Source of the DNA: Haplodiscus bocki
Lineage: Eukaryota
Length of the DNA: 64,000 nt
Reading direction: 5' to 3'
NCBI GenBank assembly: GCA_965655095.1
Contig: OZ296659.1
Span: 30,566,001 to 30,630,000, forward strand
The notes below the pieces were generated by a model, which searched no databases, was not told where the DNA came from, and saw only the letters and a program-made list of their open reading frames with translations. Positions 14,899 to 26,650 of the stretch are shown in pieces. The translations under genes were made by a program, and so were the position numbers. How positions within the stretch are numbered: the first letter of the stretch is position 1; each line of letters starts with the position of its first letter.

Positions 14899-15470
14899 AT
14901 GGTTTTTATTCTCGGAGCAAGCAGTCTTCATCACGCGACCGAAGCCTGGAAACGGTGTAAACGACGACATCTATTCGATTCGAACAATATTGCAATCCCT
15001 GGACTGCTTTTAAATCGACAGAGCAGAGCCCAGCACAAACTCGTCCAGGTAATCCAAAACGAAATCTCAGCAGACGAAGGTTTTATTTTGTGACACGACG
15101 CCATAAACAACTCCATCGGGAAGCACACAGTCGACTCACGTCCCCCCTGTCCCCTGAAGAACTGGTATCAGAACTCAAAAACCTTAAAGGTCTGTGCGGC
15201 ATCGTCTACTGTCAGCGGTCGGGTACCAAAAATATCTACAGCTACCTGGCAGAAACCGGTATCCCAGTCCTCAATCTTCTGAAAGATCTCCTTTCGAAGC
15301 GGAAGTAGAAAGACCAGAAGCTACTCGCGAAATACCAGGAACTCCATCAAGACTACAGACTTGAAATAAAATCCCTTACGTTCCTGAGAAGTTACGGTGG
15401 TGATAGCCGTCTGATCAGAAACAAGAGACAGCGACTCTCCAAAACCAGAAGAGACAAAGGACTCAAGTGA
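14899..15470 (+). pseudogene. LINE upstream ORF0, SGNH/GDSL-esterase-like, ~190 codons with 2 stops and 1 frameshift
   Basis: Reconstructed across frames: MVFILGASSL...AIPGL...GFIL*HDAINNS...[fs]PLSPEELVSEL...GIVYCQRSG...KRK*KDQKLLAKYQELHQ...RNKRQRLSKTRRDKGLK*. Motif order resembles SGNH blocks I, II, III and V. Confidence 0.5.
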
Positions 15471-15566
15471 GGCTAAGGTAAATAGTTTCCTTCCTTGTTT
15501 CTCCCAGCCTTCTTTTGCTGGTGTCTGGGATTAATTTCCCGGGCTAAGGTAAAAGAAACTACAATC

Positions 15567-16467
15567 ATGGTGAGAAAATGCAAGACGTGTAAAAACAACA
15601 TTGCTGCCTCGGAAAAAACCTATTGTTGCGTGGGCTGCAACCAGCACATGCATCTTACCACCGAATGCACAGCTCTCTCAAACGTTGCCATCAACGGAAT
15701 CAAGGAACTCGGTAACAATTGCATGCTCATGTGCAACACTTGCCTTGACAATGGAGAACGAGACGTGTTCATTAGATGCAGAGCACAAACGAAGGTCGAG
15801 TCCGTAATCTCAGACTTGAAAATCGATGAAAAGCTCTCCAATCTGGAAAATAAGTTCTCCGAACTTGTCGACTCGAAACTTGCAAATCTAATTTCGAAGT
15901 CATGTGACAAAATTGAACAAAACTATCCTAAAGTGACAGCCGAAACGCTCGAGAAAGCTGCCTCCGTGGTAACTTCCTAAAACTCCAAAACAAAAGTGAA
16001 ATCTGAAGATTTCAACATCTCAGCAAGCTTCAGAATACAAGGGATCGCTGAAGATCCCGAGAAAACTGTCGGTGAGAATCTTGTCCGAACCACCGAAAAA
16101 GTCAAAAATATCCTACAATCCTTCAATGTCAATACCGAAATCACTTCAATGAAGCGACTTGGAAAAATTGACAAAACAAGAATCAAACCAAGGAGCCTTC
16201 TTGTTACGGTCCGGAATGAGTACGGTAAGAAGCTAATCATGGCGAAGAGCGTGGAAAACCGCGAAGTCTTAACGGAAGAGTCCATCTACTTCCTTCATCA
16301 AAGACGTCATCAAAGAGAATCAAGTGCTGAAAAAGAGAAAAGAACTTCTCGATGAAGGCGTTCCTCGTGAGAAACTAAAAATTTTCAACTTTGAATTATT
16401 CAATGATGGTAAAAAGGTAGCGATGGACGCAACCGAGCTCCCCCCCAGGGAGCAAAGTTCATTTTGA
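15567..16467 (+). pseudogene. LINE ORF1 (N-terminal PHD finger, coiled coil, C-terminal nucleic-acid-binding region), with an in-frame stop at 15978 and a frameshift at ~16290
   Basis: CKTC...CVGC..HMH...C...CNTC PHD pattern. ORFs 15495 and 15996 share a frame. The C-terminus ENQVLKKRKELLDEG...KIFNFELFNDGKK ends in TGA at 16465-16467. Confidence 0.85.
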
Positions 16468-19317
16468 CTAGACAATGTAAGTTTACTACTTTTAAACGCT
16501 CGAAGGCTCCTAAACTACGAACGTAGACTCAAACTCAGAAACGCCATTCTTGTTCAAAAGTATAACATAATCTGTATCACTTGAAGCTGGCTCACTTCAG
16601 ACATTAACTCGGCGGAGCTCCTCATGAGTGACTTCACCATCGATCGGGCAGACAGACCCTCTACATCCGGCAAACCCTCTCCTCATGGTGGTGTGCTCAT
16701 CGCCATCAGGAACACTTACTATTCTGAATTCATTTTTGCCAATCTCCCCGAATGTTGCCTTCAATGCACAATAAGGATTTCAGGAGAAGACATTGTGATA
16801 AGGGTCTTCTACTCGCCCCCACATGGTAGCCCATACAGATACTCCATAGACGATTTCGTAAATCTGATCAGGGGAACCCCAAAAGGAAAACCAGTCATAA
16901 TCTGTGGTGACATCAATTTCACCGACACAAACTGGGAAACTCGAACCAGCACCGACTCATTCGAACAAGCTGTGATTGACATACTCGATGACCTAATGTA
17001 TGATCAATCGATCAATTTTCCCACCTGTGGCTCGCGAACTCTTGATGTTGCCTTTTTCTCCAACTGCACCGTAACGGCTGCGGTAGACGAGAACTTCAAT
17101 GAGATTTACAACTGCTCAGAGCATCTTGCCATCAGACTGACAATTGAGAGACTGACTTGTTCTGAAAAGATCTTCATAGAAAACTTCAGAAGCTTCGGGT
17201 CAGCCGACTTCAGCAGCCTGCGTGACCACCTCTGCCGGAACCCATTTTCCCCCACTTGTTTTTCCAACATCGACAACACGTGCCTCGAACTATACCAACA
17301 TTTTGATCGAGCCATTGACATGTTCGTCCCAACCCGTACGAGACATCGCCAGAATTTGCCCCCTCTCCCCCCCGGATAACCTCCGAATCTTCTCACCTGT
17401 TGAAGAAAATGCAAACCCAGAAATGGTTACTAGCAGCTAAACCTACCAGCTACAGGCGGAACAAAATAGTCGAACTAGAGAACCTAGTTTCCAGGTCATG
17501 TGAAGAAGACAGAGTTCATTACCAGGAGAAACTGTTCAACACGCGCGACACTGGTAGAATTTTCAAGCCTTTAAAGTGTCTCAAAAAGACAGCCAGTCTT
17601 CCGTTATCAATACAATTCAGAAATGAAAGTACTCAAAGTGCCTTCAGAAAAGCGGAACTGTTCAACGAATACTTCCATTCAGTCTTCGCTCCAAAGGTGG
17701 ACTACAACTTGAACAACATCCCAGTGAGCAATGTTTCCCTAACAAATTTCAGCATTTCAAAAGCCAAATTACTGAGCATTATCTCCGATCTTGACGTAAG
17801 CAAAACGCGAGGCCCAAATGGCTATCCGCCTTCCTTCTTTGTTAATTCTGGCCAAGGTATGATTCATGCTCTTCATCTCTTGCTCAAAAACAAAAAGATT
17901 GCGAAAGATTCCCAAATGCTAGAAGCGCGGTGTTGTTTCGCCCATTCATAAGAAAGGCGAAAAATTCCTCGTGGAAAACTATAAACCAATATCACTGCTA
18001 GACATTGACAGCAAAATTCTAGAAAAATGCTTGTATTCGCCACTCTACGAGCACTTTGTTACCTCCCTGAGCTCACGCCAACATGGTTTCGTTCGCCAGA
18101 AATCGACAATCACGAACATGCTCGCTTTCCTCCAAGCTGTCTACAAAGCCCTCGATAAGGATCAACACAGTGATGTCGTAGCTTTTTACACAGATTTCAG
18201 TAAGGCTTTCGACAAAGTATCCCATTACCTTCTGTTGTGCAAAGTAGCAAGTCTAGGCGTAAATGGTTGTTTGCTCAAACTTCTCCATGATTATCTCTCC
18301 GACCGAAAGCAAAGTGTGCGCGTTGACAACGTCAGGTCTCGGCCAAAGGACATAACTAGCGGTGTCCCCCAAGGGTCTATCTTGGGACCACTTCTGTACT
18401 GTTTTTTTATAAATGACCTCCCAGAAGCCCTAGCTTTCAGCGACTCATACCTTTTTGCAGATGACCTCAATTTTCTTTCCGTAAACCTAACAGAACTCCA
18501 AGTGCAAACCGATCTTCAATCACTTGAAATATGGGTGAGTAAGAATCGAATGGCTCTAGCAACGGACAAATGTGCTAAACTGACATTCCGAGGGAAGGAC
18601 ACAATTTTCAAACTCTTCGGAGAACCCCTGAAAACCGAAGCCAACGTAAGAGATTTAGGTATTACGTTGACCAGCGATCTCACGTGGAACATGCACATAT
18701 CAAAAAAAGTAGCGAAAGCAAACAGTGTTCTCTACTTACTAAGAAGAAATGTCTCTCAATCTGTAGGTGCTCGAATCAAACTCGGACTCTATAAATCCCT
18801 AGTCTTACCCATTCTTCTCTATGGTATCCAATGCATTCACCTGTCAAAAGCGTCAATGATCTTTCTTGAAAAACTCCAGAAAAGAGCCGTTAAGTGGATA
18901 TGCGGAACAGGAAAATATGGACAACAACTTCGCTTTCTGAACATTCTGCCGTTGCCTATGCACATCCAAATTTTGAACCTGCTTACCTTGTCAAACTTTC
19001 GTACCAACTTTTGTACCAGCAACCCCACAACTGTGACTCTTTGACAGAGTCAAACTGCGCCCTCAAGAAGCAAAGAAGTCTTCAAGCTTCCCAAAACTAG
19101 AACTGAAAAAGCGAGGAACGAATTCGTGTTCAGAACTTCCCGTCTGGGAAACAGAGTAAGTCAACACGCAAACTTCGAGGAACCTGTTGGACTGAAAAGA
19201 CGTCTGATCAAGCTATTTTGGAGGGTCGTGGAAGCTACCTACGACGAACTCAACTCCTGCACCTGGCTGATTGAGTGCGACTGCCAGAACTGCAGGGAAA
19301 AGTGGACAATTTTCTAA
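16468..19317 (+). pseudogene. LINE ORF2 (apurinic-type endonuclease + reverse transcriptase + C-terminal Cys motif), fragmented
   Basis: Starts LDNVSLLLLNARRL in frame with ORF 16624-17379 (APE). Continues in 17400-17951, 17971-19044 (RT, YLFADD) and 19126-19317 (CTWLIECDCQNC). Stop at 16582 and several frameshifts. Confidence 0.93.
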
Positions 19318-19566
19318 ACTCAACTCGGGATCAAACTCCCCTCAGTTTACTGTAAAGCCTCAACAACAACAACAATATATCTACATCTATTTACTGTTAT
19401 TTCCACATTTGTTTTATTATATAATGGTATTCCTTATAATTGGTTCTCATCAGAGAAATTAAATTCTTCTTCTCTTCTTTTATTAGTATACAAAAAAGTT
19501 AAAATTTTCATTGGATAAATGCTTTTATCATGTTTCAACGTCTGTTTTCTTTTAAGATTAATATTA

Positions 19567-19899
19567 ATGAGGAAAAACAAAAACTCTGGTGCCCTGGGCA
19601 TTGAAGAAGCGGCCGGAAAATCAGTTTGTTCAATTGGCGAGTTGACTCGATGTGATGGCTCGGCTAAAGTTGAGATGGGCAAGACGATAGTGATCGCAGG
19701 AATTCACGGACCCAATGAAGCCAGAGGAAGCCAGCAGCAGTACAGCAGTCTGTTGATTGACGTCAAAGTTTACGGGCTCACTAGTGAACCGTGGGAGAAA
19801 GAGAAAATGAGCCACATTGAGAAGATTCTGGGGAATTGTTTTGAGAGCATGATTGATTTGACGGTTTACCCAAGACTAGCTATCACCTTAACTTTCCAG
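19567..19899 (+). CDS. EXOSC5: Exosome complex component RRP46, exon 1
   Basis: RNase PH-like N-half (ELTRCDGSAKVEMGKTIVIAGIHGP...YPRLAITLTFQ). Donor CAG|gttgct at 19900, phase 0. Confidence 0.88.
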
Positions 19900-20289
19900 G
19901 TTGCTCGTTGATACAAAATGTTTTAACGACCGACGAAATATTTTTTTCGACCAAGTATTACATGTATAGTTTTTTTCTACCTCAAAAAGTCCTCATTACA
20001 CTTTCAACCAAGCAAGTAGCATGTCACAGTCTTCGGTCTTTTTTCCCGATCCGTTCACAGCTAACCCAAAATCCTACTTTTTGAACCAAATGAAGAGGGA
20101 GTGTCCTAGGCTCGCCCCTGAGACCTTTGGCGCCACCGTTGCATGCTCTACTGACTGTACCATGGGAGCTTGAAAATCAGTTAAACCATTTTTTTACACT
20201 GACCGAATTCTTAAGAGCATTTTAATATCTTTGATAGAATAAACGCTTCTACGATCAGGAAAGTTTACCTAGTGATACATGGAAGTCAT

Positions 20290-22125
20290 GGACTATCTGG
20301 TGGAGATGCGAATGACTGACGCCGGTGCCTTGTAAATTTTGGTCAGTTGCCGACAAACCTCTGTAACGCCCTTGTCAAATCTCGACGTTCAGCTGTCGAT
20401 AACCTCCGTGATGGTCGTCTGACGCCCTACAACGGCTGTCGTCTCAACTCCCGGAGTACGCCCAATAGGTGTAAAACAAATTCTGAGACGCATCATCGTA
20501 ACAATTATTCTTAGTTGTATCAGCAACGATTTTCAGGTTTTAGGCCAAAACAGACAGCTTTGTCGGTCAAAAGTGTGGCATTGAACATGCCATACAGACT
20601 CCACGATAATTTTCATCGAACGGAAAACGAGGCGATTCTTTTAGTCTACGCGGAAAACGCCGTCAACAGTCTGAACAGAAACCTGGCTGTGCGGAAAATC
20701 GAAAAAACCTGTCCGAAAAATTTATACGCTAACGGTAAAACAGATTAGTTCAGAGAAGGAGCATTTGAAGGAGATCCTATGGCAATGTATGGGTTAGCTT
20801 TATTGCCCCTCATGGATCAACCTAAAGGAAACGATGTGACCCGGACTTGGTAAAACGCAGTAAGAAGCCTCGAATCAATTCGGAGTTTACATTAGCAGTT
20901 GCAACTCCACAGAACCATATTCGGAGATAACATCGTTTGATGCCACCTGATATCTAATAATCTTTGCACACAAAAGGAACAGCTCATGTTCAGTGACGTA
21001 GATATGGAAGTACTTGAGGGATGACGTGTAATTGGCCACGTTTTTGGATCAATGCAGTCGTGGAAAACATTCCAGTTAAAGAAATTAGCGGACTATAGTA
21101 AGTTATTGACAAACTCACGCAACACGCAAAAATAATCCATCAAAATGTTCATCATGCATCCAAAGGTGTTCAGCATAAGCTGATGTTTCTCGCACACAAC
21201 ACCAGAACTGAGAAGAACTCTCCAAAACACGAAATCGATGATCAAACAATGACTGATACCGAACCTTACCGGCCGTGGCCATATAACAGCTGCGAAGTCT
21301 TCTCTCTGCTGTTGAACAATGGTGGCTTGAATATCCTGCCGCCGGATTCTAGGAGCAAAAACTTGGACTAGCCGAAGTTTTTTTTCATCACATTCAGTTA
21401 TAGCGACCTCATTCCTGTCGAAGCAAAGCAGTGTATAACAGTACACTGGAGCCAAAACGGAAAATGATTTGCAGACGTCGAAAATCAGCGCATTAACACG
21501 AGCTTGACAAAAGTCCACGATAAACTGTCTCACTAGTTTCGAAAAAAAAGGAGAATCACCATGGCTCCCTGACTTGTTCCTGACGCGATATGGCGGCAGG
21601 CGCACCAAATCTGAGTTTTGTAAATGTATCGCGCTGAAATACCCCTGGGAGCCAAGGAACATAACCTCGAAATGTCACTATGAAAACATTTAACCATTCC
21701 CTGCGTTGTGGAAGGGCAGTTTACACCCACATGCGACATGACGAGATACATTTGTGAAAAGCATGAAAGACGTGTGCTATGACGTCTAAGTGAAGCAAAA
21801 ACTCCAGACATTGGAAGGGGAATCTTTCAAGTCAACATGTACTTGAGATGAAGCTGGCCTCGACATTCAAGCAAGTCGTTTCTGGGAGGCCTAATTTTGC
21901 AGAACCTACTTCAACGTCAAAATCTTCAATCCAGTGAGAACGTCTTGTACGAAAGCTATTAAAAATGCCTACAAATTTCATGAGTCACTGAAAAAGCTGA
22001 CGTTTGAACAAAGAATACTAGATGTAGAAAGTAGCGTCTTCAATCTGCGAGTATTTGCAGTCACAGGAGGCGGAGGCGCTTCTGCCTCCAAGTTTATCTC
22101 TAAAGTCCAAAATTATCTCTAAAGT
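20290..22125 (+). mobile_element. Decayed CRE-like non-LTR retrotransposon (RT + zinc knuckle + restriction-like endonuclease) in the EXOSC5 intron
   Basis: Broken-frame motifs PGVRPIGVKQILRRII, LVYAENAVNSLNR, EGDPMAMYG, GGLNI, EKKGESPWL, NHSLRCG...MRHDEI, LDIQASRFW, YFNVKIFNP, HESLKK...ILDVE...VFAVTGG: the order typical of CRE-clade RLE elements. Confidence 0.8.
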
Positions 22126-23561
22126 TGCATTGTTATTCATCGAGGAAGGCCAGGATATCTACTGTGATGCGATAGGCTACGACCGGACGAAAATTAATTT
22201 TGCTCTCTACGCATTTCCAATTTTTTAAGGGGGTGCCGCTCGGTTGGACGACAGAATTTCGAAGAAACGTCGATTTCCACTGGAGTTTGGGAAGGATGGG
22301 GATTGCTGTCGTGATTTTTCTGGACGAGCATTCAATGTTGTTTTTCTTTTTTCCTGAGTGTTCCATGTAATGAAATATGCGATACGATAAACTAATTCAT
22401 ACTTTCTCCACTTGCTGATGTCTTAGATGTCTTTTGCTTAATTTATGGGACCGTTAATGACTCTGGAAGGAGGATCTACAGCTTGTTGCTAAGTGATGCC
22501 TGTTTTTCTGAATGTCCATACTATATCACGGGTTCCTCAATGTTTTTTCCCCACGAATGCTGGCTTCACAATTATTGGCCCTCGAATATGTCTTTTTGAA
22601 TGTACGCCCTTTTCGCCAGAGAAATTTTTATTTTCAAGTACTCGGTTTTACGCCTTCGTCAATATGATAGACTTTTTGAGAATAAGTGTAGAAATTTTGG
22701 CGAATTCAACTTCGACCAATTAACTCGGTATTGACGACTTCAGTTTTCCGCCAAAATATGCTGGCACAAAAAGTGTACTGTACTTCCTTCCCATTGGTAC
22801 ACTGATTTTTCAGACGTGTGTAGTATCAGTTGAAAACGTCGAAAATTATGAGGTGAATTGTAAAATTCAGTGCTCGCTGGGGAAATCCAGGAGGCGGAAT
22901 GGCCTACGTTCGTCAGAGGGCTACAGAGTTTTTTTTTAAAACCAAGCAGCAACATCTGTCGCTAGGGGGCTATGCCGAAAGTCCTATTTCGATTTTTTTC
23001 GAAGACTTTTACCCTTTGTCGCTTTCCGACGCTCAAATGCTTTTTCAGCCATTGGATTTCATTTCTGCTTTTTCCGTTGGAGTTTTTGCTAGGTTTGCGT
23101 AATTTGCGAGTTTTATTTCCAATGTAAAGAGACATGCCTTGGAAATTGTTTCGGCTATTGATTCGATAAATATAACATCCAACTTGTATAAATTGAACGG
23201 TAGGCGCAGCTTACATATTTTTATATCAGTCAAATACCACATAGTAGACAGAGCTATCTAAATTAAACCTGATAATTTTTTTCATATCTCAAATACTCTA
23301 AAGTGGTTAGTTTACGTTTTTTTGAACTGCTCGCCAATTCTCCTTGCCATCTGCTATGCTAATCATTTTTAAATTGGTACAAAAAAGCAATTTCCTGAAT
23401 TTTGAATGATTGTTGAAAAAATGTCAAAATTGTTTGTTTTTATTTAGTCGGCGTTTTTATGAATTAAACTGCCCGATTATTACAGTGACTCTTATTTTCT
23501 TAAGCCTCACTGCTAAAAGATCAGTTTGTATTTTAACTTTTTGGTATCCCTGCTACCTAAT

Positions 23562-23612
23562 GGGTGGGACAAATGGGTTCGGCGTCCACAGGAGGCGGGT
23601 TCGAATCCTTGT
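23562..23612 (+). mobile_element. tRNA-derived SINE head / tRNA-like remnant
   Basis: A-box-like TGGGACAAATGG and perfect B box GGTTCGAATCC at 23598-23608; no full cloverleaf. Confidence 0.45.
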
Positions 23613-24445
23613 ATAAGTTGTTTTTACCTACCAAAAATATATCAACTACCTACATGTTGAGCTTTTGATCCAATTTATTTTTTTTCGCGATAACCCCCTT
23701 ATACACGGACTGAAACTGTTCTCACCACCGAAAAGCTCCCCACCTCATAAAGTACGCTGAGCTTTATGTGTAGCCTTCTGGGAGTCTTTAACGCCGGGAA
23801 AATTAGCTAACTTGGTGATTTTCGCCTTTTTGGGCTGCAAATCAGCTTTCTCTGTGGTATGTCTCACTGAATTGATATGGAAAAGCAATTTCAATTAAAT
23901 TTGAAATTGTTTTGAAACAGGCAACAGAATTTACGTCGAATTTTTTGGAATTTATCGCTTCTTTTTGCCCAGCAAAGCTGCTTTATAGCTACTTCTTCTT
24001 GATATTTTAACTAAACGCCTAACATTTAGTACATTCAACTCATTTGAAAAAGGACGCCGTTCCATATTTCGTGGAAACGCTTTCGTTCCAAAAATCTGAT
24101 GTTGTTGCCATTCTGGGAACTAGCTGTTTACCCTTGACAGACTTTTGGAATCTTGGGCTTGGATATTGGAGGCCCGCCAGGGGCCTATTTTTCTGTAAAC
24201 CAAAATTATGCTCCCAATTTTTGTCTGGTAAAGACATGCCAAAAAATTCGAGGTAGCCCCCTTCATTGGTCAAATAACCAACTCTCGAATATCCTCGAAC
24301 TTTCGCCAAATTGCACTGTGGCTGGTAAATAACCGCCTACTTCGAATTTACGCCAGCATGAGCAAATTGATTAGATGTAGGACGGTGCATTGTTTAAATA
24401 AAATAAGATGATAGAACTCAACCGTACTCTCGGCCAATCGATACC

Positions 24446-25592
24446 GGTGGCATGACAAAAGACCCAAGCCCGAAATACCTAAACCCAAAATTACCAAAGT
24501 CCCAAAATACCCAAGATTGAAATAGCCATACCTATTAAATACTTGGCAGCTTCAGGACGCCTCTAATAACTTAAATTTATTGATGTGTTAAAATTTTGGT
24601 TGTGTCAGAATAAAAGATGCGAGACAAAACCGCCAATTTTAGAGTGGGACAAAACCGAGGATTGTGAAAACGCGACACAATCGGCTATTTTCAAAATAGA
24701 GAATAAAGCGCCAATCTGTAATAATACAGGTCGCCAGTTTAGGTCTGTCACCAAAAGAACTATCACTGCAACTGAAATACCCCTACACAAAACAACTTAT
24801 TTTAGTTTTTGCGGCATAGTTTTTTTCTGATTTTTTCTGGTAAACGAAAAATATTGGACGGGTACTACCAATTTGGGTATATAATAAAAGAGGGTTTCAT
24901 GAAAATCTTTTTTGGCTTTTGCGAAAATTTAGTTGCCGAAAAAATTGAAATAATTTGCATTTAGGTAGTGGTATCTCAGTTTCTATTAGTAATTCGTAAT
25001 AAAATGGATAATTACATTTTACCCTGAACAGAAAAACAGCCACGATGGTCAAAAAATTGGGTAAACACGGGGTGTACCCCACAAAATTTTCGGCACTCTT
25101 AGACAAAATTGCTATTGACCTCACAAAATTGTCGGCATTGTGAGACAAATTTGTGATTTCGCCACAAAATTTTCAACAGTGAGCGACAAAATTGTATTCC
25201 CCCCCCCCCCAAAAGATTCTAAATTTTTGGTAATCTGGGAAAATTCAAATTTGAAAATGGCGAGTTTTTGAAGTTGATGCTAGATGTAATAATTTTGTGC
25301 AGTGTGTTTATAATGGCGTATAGAAGTTTATTGTAAGAATCAATAATATGTAACATCATAATTAAGATATCAATTAAGTAATTATGCAACGTTCAATTAT
25401 TTTGGGTACTTTTAATGTTAAGACGCTTTTAATTATTTAATTGGTATTGTTGTTTCAATTTTGGGGATTTTGAGACATTGGGTATTTTGGTCTTGGGTAT
25501 TTTGGACTTCGGGTGTTTTGGCCTTGGGTATTTTAGGATGTTGGGTACTTTGGGCTTGAGTCTTTTGGGCTCGGGTATTTTGGGGTGGAACC
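24446..25592. mobile_element. Non-autonomous Mutator/foldback-like DNA transposon (MITE) with subrepeat-containing TIRs
   Basis: 24446-24540 and 25433-25592 are inverted copies built from ~15-bp CCCAAAATACCCAAG-like units. Ends are GGT...ACC. Flanks atcgatacc (24437-24445) and ttcaatacc (25593-25601) match 7/9, like a decayed 9-bp TSD. Confidence 0.7.
25080..25200. repeat. Three ~41-bp tandem units inside the MITE
   Basis: cacaaaatt(t/g)tc...gacaaa(a/t)ttg repeated three times, followed by a poly-C run. Confidence 0.7.
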
Positions 25593-26029
25593 TTCAATAC
25601 CCTCGATTGAACGGCCAAAAATTGCTAGGACGCCGACACAACTGGCGGTAAGTTGAGGGGTTACTGTATTCAGTTTGACTTGTGTTGAAGTAAACATCAC
25701 AGCCCCTAACTGCGAAGGTTTTGAGTCTTACGGGTGGCGCCGTTCGTGGTTGTTCATTTTCTCGGAATGTTTTTAGTACTCATATGCTGTTGAATTTGAG
25801 TTGATATCTGGATTGCCAGTCTCTTGAAGAGGATTACCCTTCTCTCAGTTTTTAATTGAGGAACTTATGCCCAATTTTTGCGAATTCGTCAGTTGTTGTC
25901 ATTTTTTTACTCGAATTTACAAAAGTTACGTTTTTGAATTCCAAAGTGAAATGATTGGGGATCTTTTCTTTGACCCCCACTGAATAATGAATCGCCGTCA
26001 CCGAATCTGAGAGGAAAAGTGTTTCGAAA

Positions 26030-26650
26030 GTCTCAAGATTTCAACTGGGCCTGATGAGCTTTCAAGTAAATTAATGGAGTAGACTTCGTAGTTTTGGTAC
26101 CACCAGTGACAATATCAAAAAATCGATGCTCACAGACTGGAGTGTTCACTACTCCGTCGAGAATAGTTGGTCATTCCGTTTTTCAAGCAAGAAGTTTTGG
26201 GTGATTATCGGCCCATTTGATTGCTGCCTCATTTGTCGAAAGTTTTCAAGCGTTTGATCAACATTTTTCAGCTAAGTGGAAAAGTTCGAATCCTGAAGTG
26301 TGATTATTGTGATTCCTCAAGAATTATAACAACGTTGTTGCAATTACGTGTGTGGTAGAGAATTAAGATTTCTATCAAATGACAACATCCTGCTACACAA
26401 TGTTCATATAATTTTAACAGAGATTAGTAAGCACTCGCTTTGGAAGGGCCGATGGGGTGTCTCATTGAATTCTATTCAAATTCTAGAAAAGAATAGGCAT
26501 AGGTTAATCAAGAGGCATCATCATCTATGAAGTCAACGTGTGGTGGTCCGCAGAGATCAATCCTAGGACCGTTTTTTTTGTGCATAATTTATATCATCGC
26601 TTTACCCAGTTTTGATGTCCTGAATGACGCTTTGCGCTGATTCCACCACT
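26030..26650 (+). mobile_element. Heavily decayed LINE RT fragment
   Basis: STGPDEL, VIPFFK, DYRPI*LLPHLSKVFK and CGGPQRSILGPFF in broken frames, in the expected order. Confidence 0.65.

Larger units (their letters stand above)
14860..19375 (+). mobile_element. Near full-length, inactivated non-LTR retrotransposon (CR1/L2 group, APE-RT) with (CAA)5 tail
   Basis: PHD-finger ORF1; APE motifs (NARxL, HGGVLIA, IICGDIN, TLDVAF, SEH); RT motifs (NYKPISLL, QHGF, YTDFSKAFDKV, GVPQGSILGP, FADD); short 3' UTR then caacaacaacaacaa at 19361-19375. The 5' boundary is approximate and no TSD was found. Confidence 0.95.
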
